Shown one piece after another: positions 56,456 to 64,000 of a stretch of DNA of 64,000 nucleotides. Under the pieces are notes generated by a model that searched no databases, was not told the origin of the DNA, and saw nothing but the letters and a program-made list of their open reading frames with translations. Within the stretch, counting starts at the first letter, position 1. Each line of letters starts with the position of its first letter. This DNA comes from the human T2T-CHM13v2.0 reference genome, Homo sapiens: NCBI RefSeq assembly GCF_009914755.1, contig NC_060932.1; one strand, given 5' to 3'. The position numbers and the translations under genes are program-made.

Positions 56456-59400
56456 TCAGGCCACGGCAGACTCAGGGCCCCCCAGGGAGGCCGAGGACCC
56501 CGAGGCGTAGCGGCGGCCGTAGCCCGAGGAGGAGTAGGAGGATGAAGAGAAGGTCATGGAGAAGCCGGAGCCGGTGGCGTCAAAGCTGCCGCGGCGGGAG
56601 CCGGCCCGGGAGCCGGTGCGCGAGCCGGTGCGGGAGCCAGCGGTAGAGCCGGAGCCGCTGACGCTGTAGGGGCTGTAGTAGCCCTTGGTGGACTGCGCGG
56701 CAGCCTCCAGCAGCCGCAGCCCCGTGCCCTCCTCCACCATGCTGCGGTCCAGCGCGTCCTTATAGGAGATCTTGAGCTTGGTCTTAGGGCAGGTGAGGTA
56801 CTTGGAGTAGGCGCCCACGTCACGCAGCTTCTGTGCGGTGCGGGCGTCCACCGTGCCGCGCTGCAGGGCCTCGTCCAGGGGCACGCGGCCCGGCGTGTCG
56901 GGCTCGATCAAGCCGCCGGTCAGGTACTGCACCTCCAGGAAGCGCTGGCCGGCCTCGTAGTAGAGCCAGCCCTTCTTCAGGGCCTGGGCGGCCGACATCT
57001 TGGTCTTGGTGCGTGGGTCCTCGAAGCCGCAGAAGGCCTTCTGGGCCAGGTTGATGCGGTCCACCATGATCTTGTCCACCAGGCCCTTGTTGACGGCGTC
57101 GGTGACAGGGAAGCGCTCACCGGTGCTGGGGTCGATGATGCCCCCGGTGCAGGCCTGCGCCTCCAGCAGCCGCTGCCCCGTGATGTTATCCACCAGGTTC
57201 CGGTGCATGGCCTCGGTGATGGACACCTTCTCCAGCGTCTCCGTGTCCAGGATGCCAGCCACGGGGCCCGTCTCCTCAGTGGGGTCTGACCAGGAGGCCA
57301 GCTGGGTCCTGGAGACGGCGGGGCTGATGGGGTAGGAGGAGGAGGATCCCACCGAGGAGGAACGGGAGCGGAAACCACCGGCGTTGCCCGAGAGCATGTC
57401 GGCGAACTCGGTGATGGAGAGCGTGCCGGCGCGGTACTGGTCCAGTGCCGAGCGGTCGATGAGGTTCTTGGCGATGGCATCATCGATGTCGTACTGGCGC
57501 CCGGAGCGGCGGTCGATGATCATGGACTTGACCACGCCGTCCGAGGAGGAGATGGTGATCTCCTCCCACTCGCACTCCTGCTCGGACAGCTCCAGGTACG
57601 TCTGGTGGTCAATCAGGCCCTTGCGGTAGGCCTCGTACACTGACATCTCCTTGCCCGTCTCGGGGTCCACGATGACCACTCGGCGCTTGCGCACGGAGGA
57701 CTTGGAGGACGTCTTCCGCTCCCGCTTCTTCTCCTTCAGCGGCAAGAGACACAGGCCCGTCTGGGGGTCAGTGATACAACGCTCCATCAGCTGCAGGTAG
57801 GTGAGGTTCTCCTCCGTGTTAGGGTCAAAGAAGCCCTTGGTGTCGTCCGAGGGGTCGGTCAGGATCTCGTTCATCTCCTCATCGAAGAGGCCGCGCTTGT
57901 AGGCCACCTCCACGGGCAGCCGGTGGCTCTCCTCAGGGTCGATGATGCCGCCCGTGGCGATCTGGGCCTCCAGCAGGCGGATGCCATGGTCCTTCAGGAT
58001 CAGGCCCTTCTTCATGGCCTGGAAGAGGGAGATGAGCTTCCCAGAGTAGGGGTCCTTGTACCCAGTGACGGCGCGCTCGGCCGACAGCAGCTTGTCCTTG
58101 AACTCGGGGCCCACAATGCCCATACGCACAGCCTCCTCCACCGTCAGCTTCAGTCCCTTGATGGGGTCGATGACGTAACCGGTGGCCGCCTGCGCCTCCA
58201 GGAGCTCAAAGGCTGTGCCGGGGCGGATGATGCCCTTCTTCATGGCCTGGTACACCGAGAGCCGTTCCTTGGTGGCGTCCACGAAGACACCAGCGATGCA
58301 GCTGGTGCCTTCCAGGAACTTCTGCAAGTTCTTGGTGACCTCCTCGATGGAGGTCAGGCCCTCCCGCAGCTGCAGCGCCGTGGCCTCGTCCATGACCTGC
58401 GAGCGCACCAGCTCCTCCATGGTGATCTGCTTCCGCAGGCCACGGAAGGTCAGCTTGCGGGCGTCCGACAGTGGCAGGAGCAGCTGGCCGGTGCCGTCGT
58501 CACGACGGCACCGCCTGAGCAGCTGCGTGTAGCTGAGGCGCTCGTCGGTGGACGGGTCCACGTAGCTGCGCACCTCGCTGGGCTCTGACAGCTGGTCGTG
58601 CGTGTCCTTGTTGAGGTAGCCACGCTGGTAAGCCACCTCCAGGGGAAGGTGGAAGCCCAGGCGGGGGTCCACGATGCCGCCGGTGGCCAGCTGGGCATCC
58701 AGCAGCCGCAGGGCCTCCTCAGTAGGGATCAGCTCCTTCTTCATGGCCTGGAAGAGCGAGATGGTCTGCTCGGTGTAGGGGTCACGGTAGCCGGTGACCG
58801 CCCGCTCAGCCGAGAGCAGGCGGTCGTGCAGCTCGGGCCCCACGAGGCCCTTCCGCACAGCCTCATCCACAGTCAGCCGCTCCCCCTTCACCGGGTCCAG
58901 CAGGAAGCCTGTGGCTGCCTGTGCCTCCAGCAGCAGGCGGGCCACCTCGGCACTCAGCAGCCCTTTCTTGAGAGCCTGGTAGATGCTCAGTGTCTGCCTG
59001 GAACCGGGCAGGTAGACACCAGCCACGGAGCCCGTGCCATAGAGGTAGCACCAGGCGGACTCCGCCTCGAGAGCCTCACGGAGGCTCCTGGTGCCCTCCC
59101 GGAGCAGGTTGTAGGTCTCGAGAGAGATGATCCGAGCCTCGAACAGGTCCTCAGCCGTGAGGCGGCGGCGCACGTAGTCGTAGGAGGCCAGACCCTGCTG
59201 GCGGATGATCTCTGTCTTCTCAATGATCTCGATGATGATGATGATCATGCGTTCCTTGGTCACCCGGCCGGCCTGGAAGTCAGCCATCAGCTGGGCCCGC
59301 TGCTCCTCGGGGATCAGGTCCGACTGCATCACCTCCCACAGGGACATGGTGGAGCCGCCGTGGCTGCCGCCGCCGGGAATGTCGATCTGTGTCTCTTCAA

Positions 59401-62400
59401 ATGCCCTTCTTGTCTCCTCCTCAGTGTACACCTGCGTGGTCTCCACCACCTCAGCCTTCTCCGCCCCTTTCAGTGGCAGAAGGCGCAAGCCCGTCTCGGG
59501 GTCCTCCACGCACCGCTCCAGCAGCTGCCTGTACGTGAGGTTCTCATGCGTGTTGGGGTCAAAGAAGCCCTTGGTGTCGTCGCTGGGGTCCGCCAGGACG
59601 CGGTTCATCTCCTCACTGAAGTAGCCGCGCTGGTAGGCCACGTCCACAGGCACGCGGTGGCTGTGCACGGGGTCGATGATGCCGCCCGTGGCGATCTGGG
59701 CCTCCAGCAGGCGGATGCCGTGCTGCCGGAGAACCAGGCCCTTCTGCATGGCCTGGAAGAGGGAGATGGTGCTGCCCGAGTAGGGGTCTCTGTAGCCGGT
59801 GACGGCCTTCTCGGCAGACAGCAGCTGCTCGTGAAGCTCGGGGCCCACCACGCCCGCCTTCACGGCCTCGTGGACATACAGGCGCTGGTTCCGCACGGGG
59901 TCCACCAGGAAGCCAGTGGCCGCCTGCGCCTCCAGCAGGAGCGCAGCCGTTGTGGCTCTCAGCAGGCCCCGGCGCATGGCCTCGTAGATGGACACCTTCT
60001 CCTTGGTGTCCTCCAGGTAGATGCCGGCGAGGCAGCCACTGCCCTGCAGCAGCGTCCGCACGGAGCCCAGCTCCGAAAGGTCCTTGACCGTCGTCTTGCC
60101 GTCCTTGAGCTGCTCAAACTGGGCTCTGCTGAGGACCCCGGAAGCCAGGAGCTCGCTGGCTGGCACAGGGGCACGGAGGCCGCTGAAGGACAGCCTCTCC
60201 TGCCGCAGGGTCTCCACCTCCTCCACGATGGTAATGAGAATCTTGATGACCTTCTCCACGGTGACCTTGCCCGTGCGGAACTGACGCAACAGCTCCTGCC
60301 GCTGCTCCGCAGTGAAGTACTCAGAGCTGATGAGCTCCCACACCGTCACCGTCCTGCCCTTGAAGCCACCCACGGGGACCTCAACCGGGGTCTTTTCAAA
60401 GGTCTCACGGGCCTGCAGCTCTGAGTAGAGCTCCTCCTGCCGGGCCCGAGCAGCCTTTTCTGAGAGCGGCAGCAGGCTCAGCCCGGTCAGCTGGTCGGGC
60501 CGGCACCGCTGCTGGAGCTCGCCGTAGGTGGCCGGCTCCCCTGTGCTGGGGTCACTGTAGGCCTTGGCGTCGGCCCTTGGTGCCGACAGGGCCCTGCTGG
60601 TCTCCTCATCCAGGCAGCCTCGGGCGCAGGCGACATCCAGGGGCACGCGGTGGCTCTTGCTGGGGTCCACGATGCCGCCCGTGGACAGCTGGGCGTCCAA
60701 CAGGCGCAGGCCCTGCTCCCGGGGAATGAGGCCCTTCTTCAGGGCCTGGAACAGGGAGACGCTCTGCCCTGTGTAGGGGTCCCTGTACCCTGTCACAGCC
60801 TTCTCGGCTGATAGCAGCTTCTCATGAAACTCGGGGCCCACCAGGCCAGCACGCACTGCCTCGTCCACGGTCAGCCGGGCGCTGGTGGCGGGGTCGATGA
60901 TGTGCCCGGTGCCGGCCTGGGCTTCCAACAGGGCCACGGCCATGTCGGATGGCAGCAGGTCTTTCTTCAGGGCATTGTAGATACTCAGCTTCTGCCCCGC
61001 CTCCTCCAGCCATACACCCGCGATGACGTTGGCACCCCGGAGAGCCCGCCGCACAGTGTCCACCTCGGCTACGTCTCGCACAGAGCGCTCACCTCGCTGC
61101 AGCTGCTGGTAGAGCTCGCGGTCGATGACCCTGCTCTCCAGCAGCTCGGCGGCTGGCACCAGGCTGCGCAGGCCCTCAAAGCAAAGCCGGCCCTTCTGCT
61201 CCTGCTCCTCCACCACCGTGATGATGATCTTGATGATCTTCTCCACTGTGATCCGGCCCGTGCGGAACTGCCGCAGCAGGTCCCGCCGCTGCTCTGCCGT
61301 GAAGTATTCCGAGTTGATGATCTCCCAAATGGTCACCGTCTTGCCCTGGAACTTGCCGAACGGCGCAGACACGGTGGCCTTCTCAAAGACGTCCCGGGCC
61401 TCGGAGTCAGTGTAGACCAGCTCCCCGCCCTTGGCAGCCTTATCCGTGAGTGGCAGAAGGCACAGGCCCGTCTCGGGGTCCTCCACGCAGCGCTCCAGTA
61501 GCTGCAGGTACGTGAGGTTCTCGTGCGTGTTGGGGTCAAAGAAGCCCTTGGTGTCGTCGCTGGGGTCCGCCAGGACGCGGTTCATCTCCTCGTCGAAGTA
61601 GCCGCGCCGGTAGGCCACGTCCACGGGCACGCGGTGGCTGTGCACGGGGTCGATAACGCCGCCCGTGGCGATCTGGGCCTCCAGCAGGCGGATGCCGTGC
61701 TCCCGGACGATGAGGCCCTTCTGCATGGCTTGGAAGAGAGAGATCTGCTGGCCAGTGTAGGGGTCCTTGTAGCCAGTGACGGCGCGCTCGGCCGACAGCA
61801 GCTTGTGGTGCAGCTCGGGGCCCACCACACCCTCCTTCACAGCCTCGTTGACGGTCAGCCGCCGGTTCCGCACAGGGTCCAGCAGGAAGCCTGAGGCCGC
61901 CTGCGCCTCCAGCAGGATGAGGGCCGTGCCGGGACTCAGCAGCTGCCTCTGCAGGGCGGCGTAAACACTCAGCTTCTCATTGGTGGCCTTCAGCAACAGC
62001 CCTGCGATACTGCTGCGGCCCTGCAGGTAGTGGCGCACGTCTTCCCGCCGTGCGAGCTCGTCCACCGTGGTGTGGCCCTGCGCCAACCGCTGCAGCTCCT
62101 CCGCACTCAGGATGCCGGCCTCCTGCAGCCTCTGAGCTGACACCTTCCGCCGCAGGCCATCGAAGCTGTGCTCCGGCTCTGCCTCTGCCGCGGGGCCATC
62201 AAGTGCATCCCGGCCATTGGGTAGGGTCTTTGTGGCAGCCACCTGCGAGGCAGTGACCTCCTCTGAGTGCGCCAGCGCGGCCCGGTGCTGCTCCTCCAGG
62301 AGCTGCAGCTGCTCACGCAGCCTCTGGTTCTCCTCAGCCAGCAGCTCCTCCTGCTGCCGCCGCTGCTGCTCCAGCTGCTGCAGCTCCTCCTGCTTGCGCC

Positions 62401-62674
62401 GCACGCCCTCCTCGGCCTCATGCTGCCGCCGCCGCGCCTCCTCCATGCTGGCCACCAGCCGCTGCCGTTCCTGCTCCATCTGCTGCTGCTGCCGCTGCTG
62501 CTCCTCACGCAGCTGCTGTGCCTTGGCCACCTCGTCCTGGAAGAGCTGCTCCAGCTTGGCCTTCTCCTGCTCGATGAAGCGCTCCCGCTGTAGCAGGCTG
62601 TCCTTTTCAGAGAGGAAGCTTTGCTGCAGGGCCTGCGTCTCCTGCAGCAGCTGCTCCTGCTGCACCGTCTGCAT
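56456..62674 (-). CDS. PLEC: Plectin last exon: end of rod, five B-type and one C-type plakin-repeat domains, IF-binding linker, GSR-rich tail
   Basis: 2072-aa ORF MQTVQQEQLLQETQ...KEKKRERKTSSKSSVRKRRVVIVDPETG...GSRTGSRTGSRAGSRRGSF...PESAVA*; acceptor ctctcttcttctgcAG-like tract at 62675. Confidence 0.98.
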   Translation of the reverse strand: MQTVQQEQLLQETQALQQSFLSEKDSLLQRERFIEQEKAKLEQLFQDEVAKAQQLREEQQRQQQQMEQERQRLVASMEEARRRQHEAEEGVRRKQEELQQLEQQRRQQEELLAEENQRLREQLQLLEEQHRAALAHSEEVTASQVAATKTLPNGRDALDGPAAEAEPEHSFDGLRRKVSAQRLQEAGILSAEELQRLAQGHTTVDELARREDVRHYLQGRSSIAGLLLKATNEKLSVYAALQRQLLSPGTALILLEAQAASGFLLDPVRNRRLTVNEAVKEGVVGPELHHKLLSAERAVTGYKDPYTGQQISLFQAMQKGLIVREHGIRLLEAQIATGGVIDPVHSHRVPVDVAYRRGYFDEEMNRVLADPSDDTKGFFDPNTHENLTYLQLLERCVEDPETGLCLLPLTDKAAKGGELVYTDSEARDVFEKATVSAPFGKFQGKTVTIWEIINSEYFTAEQRRDLLRQFRTGRITVEKIIKIIITVVEEQEQKGRLCFEGLRSLVPAAELLESRVIDRELYQQLQRGERSVRDVAEVDTVRRALRGANVIAGVWLEEAGQKLSIYNALKKDLLPSDMAVALLEAQAGTGHIIDPATSARLTVDEAVRAGLVGPEFHEKLLSAEKAVTGYRDPYTGQSVSLFQALKKGLIPREQGLRLLDAQLSTGGIVDPSKSHRVPLDVACARGCLDEETSRALSAPRADAKAYSDPSTGEPATYGELQQRCRPDQLTGLSLLPLSEKAARARQEELYSELQARETFEKTPVEVPVGGFKGRTVTVWELISSEYFTAEQRQELLRQFRTGKVTVEKVIKILITIVEEVETLRQERLSFSGLRAPVPASELLASGVLSRAQFEQLKDGKTTVKDLSELGSVRTLLQGSGCLAGIYLEDTKEKVSIYEAMRRGLLRATTAALLLEAQAATGFLVDPVRNQRLYVHEAVKAGVVGPELHEQLLSAEKAVTGYRDPYSGSTISLFQAMQKGLVLRQHGIRLLEAQIATGGIIDPVHSHRVPVDVAYQRGYFSEEMNRVLADPSDDTKGFFDPNTHENLTYRQLLERCVEDPETGLRLLPLKGAEKAEVVETTQVYTEEETRRAFEETQIDIPGGGSHGGSTMSLWEVMQSDLIPEEQRAQLMADFQAGRVTKERMIIIIIEIIEKTEIIRQQGLASYDYVRRRLTAEDLFEARIISLETYNLLREGTRSLREALEAESAWCYLYGTGSVAGVYLPGSRQTLSIYQALKKGLLSAEVARLLLEAQAATGFLLDPVKGERLTVDEAVRKGLVGPELHDRLLSAERAVTGYRDPYTEQTISLFQAMKKELIPTEEALRLLDAQLATGGIVDPRLGFHLPLEVAYQRGYLNKDTHDQLSEPSEVRSYVDPSTDERLSYTQLLRRCRRDDGTGQLLLPLSDARKLTFRGLRKQITMEELVRSQVMDEATALQLREGLTSIEEVTKNLQKFLEGTSCIAGVFVDATKERLSVYQAMKKGIIRPGTAFELLEAQAATGYVIDPIKGLKLTVEEAVRMGIVGPEFKDKLLSAERAVTGYKDPYSGKLISLFQAMKKGLILKDHGIRLLEAQIATGGIIDPEESHRLPVEVAYKRGLFDEEMNEILTDPSDDTKGFFDPNTEENLTYLQLMERCITDPQTGLCLLPLKEKKRERKTSSKSSVRKRRVVIVDPETGKEMSVYEAYRKGLIDHQTYLELSEQECEWEEITISSSDGVVKSMIIDRRSGRQYDIDDAIAKNLIDRSALDQYRAGTLSITEFADMLSGNAGGFRSRSSSVGSSSSYPISPAVSRTQLASWSDPTEETGPVAGILDTETLEKVSITEAMHRNLVDNITGQRLLEAQACTGGIIDPSTGERFPVTDAVNKGLVDKIMVDRINLAQKAFCGFEDPRTKTKMSAAQALKKGWLYYEAGQRFLEVQYLTGGLIEPDTPGRVPLDEALQRGTVDARTAQKLRDVGAYSKYLTCPKTKLKISYKDALDRSMVEEGTGLRLLEAAAQSTKGYYSPYSVSGSGSTAGSRTGSRTGSRAGSRRGSFDATGSGFSMTFSSSSYSSSGYGRRYASGSSASLGGPESAVA

Positions 62675-62782
62675 CTGCAGAAGAAGAGGGTGTGATCAGG
62701 GACCGCCAGCCCAGGAGCACCCATCACCCACCAAAGCAGATCCCCGGGCCCACCCGCCCGTCGCACGTAGAGGGGGCGGTAC
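62675..62782 (-). other. PLEC: Last PLEC intron, 108 bp, phase 0
   Basis: GAG GAG|GTACC ... tgcAG|ATG CAG. Confidence 0.92.
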
Positions 62783-64000
62783 CTCCTCAGACTTGAGCTG
62801 CAGCAGTTTGGCCTCCTGTTGGAGCTTCTCCTTCTCACGCTCCAGCTCAGCGATGGCCTCCCGCAGGCGCTCGGCATCATGGTCACTCTGCTGTCGCTGG
62901 ATCTCCAGTGTCTGCACCAGGGTCACCTTCTCCTGGGTGGCGAGCTCCGTGCGGTGCAGCTTCTCACCGATCTCCTCCGCCTGCTTCCGGAAGCGCTGGG
63001 CGTCCTCCTCAGCGCGGGCCTGGGCTCGGCTCATCTCGGCCACACGCAGCTTGAGGCGCTCAGCCTCAGCGCTCATCTCCAGCTGCCGCTGCCGCTCGGC
63101 CTCCAGCGTCCGCTGGAAGCCCTGCGTCTCCTCCGCCAGCTGCTGCGCCATCTGCTCCTTGTCCTCCTGCAGCCGCCGCGCCTGCTCCTGCGCAAGCTCC
63201 TTCTGCTGCTGCAGCAGTTCCGCCTCAGCCTTGAGTCGCGTGGCCTCCTGCACCGCCTGCATCTTCTCCTTGAGCATCTTCTCTGCCAAGGCCCGCTGCT
63301 GTGCCAGGTCCTCCTCTGCCAGCTGCCGCAGTCGCGCAGCCTCTTGGGCCGCCACACTCAGCCGCGCGGCCTCCTCCGCCACCTGCTTCATCTTCTCAGC
63401 CTCCTCCTGCAGGAAGCGCTGCGTATTGTCCTTGTCACGCAAGATGAGTGCGCGGTTCTCAGCCTCGATGCGTGCCTTGAGCTTGCTCAGCTCCTCCATC
63501 TGCACGCGCACCGAGAAGAGCTCCTCCTCCACCTGGCTGCGCTGGCGTGCGGCCTCCGTGGCCTCCGCCTTCAGCCGCTGCAGCTCCTCGTCCAGCAGGT
63601 TCTTCTGGTGGTCGGTCTCCTCCAGCTGCAGCCGCAGTGTTGTCAGCTCCTGCTCCACCTGCGCCTTCTGCCGCAGCGTCTGCTCGGCGAATTTCTTATG
63701 CTTCTCCATCTCCGCGTCAGCTGCCTGCTTCTGCCGCAGGGCCGCCTGCTCCGCCTGTGCCCGCCGCGCCGCCTCTTGCTCGGCCTCCTTGCGCAGCTTC
63801 TCTGCAGCCGCCTGTGCCTGAGCCCGGGCCTGTGCCTGCTCCTCTGCCGACTGCTTCAGCCGCTCGGCCTCTTCCACCTGCCGCCGGGACTGCGCCGCCT
63901 CACGCTCCGCCTGCACCCGGGCCTCCTCCGCCTCCTCAGCCGCCCGCCGGGCCGCCTCCGCCTCGCCGCGCAGCTGGTCCAGCACGCTCTGCTCCTGCTG
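62783..64000 (-). CDS. PLEC: Plectin coiled-coil rod exon (partial; continues beyond window)
   Basis: E/Q/A/R-rich heptad sequence ...LDQLRGEAEAARRAAEEAEE...KLLQLKSEE ending at a GT donor. Confidence 0.97.

Noticed and set aside
57923-63821. Long plus-strand ORFs (608 aa, 534 aa and others) opposite PLEC
   Set aside because: Antisense shadows of codon-biased coding sequence; no independent promoter or domain evidence.

Overview
Human-like, GC-rich genomic DNA recognisable as the PLEC-EPPK1 locus (8q24.3), both genes on the minus strand. The right end holds the 3' part of plectin: rod exon, 108-bp intron, giant last exon with six plakin-repeat domains, 3'UTR and AATAAA. The left end holds epiplakin: CpG-island promoter, a short non-coding first exon and a giant coding exon from ATG 13522 that runs off the window through near-identical ~1.6-kb tandem units. 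The intergenic DNA is largely Alu, L1, MaLR, ERVL and Tigger repeats. However, ~19.6-25.1 kb contains a chain of degraded, phase-compatible minus-strand exons that translate into spectrin repeats, an EF-hand region and a GAS2/GAR motif. This looks like the fossil C-terminal half of a MACF1/dystonin-type spectraplakin lying directly downstream of PLEC. Also notable are ~97% nucleotide identity between PLEC and EPPK1 B-domain cores (suggesting interlocus gene conversion) and VNTRs that multiply splice donors. Homology calls are from manual translation and recalled protein sequences, not database searches.
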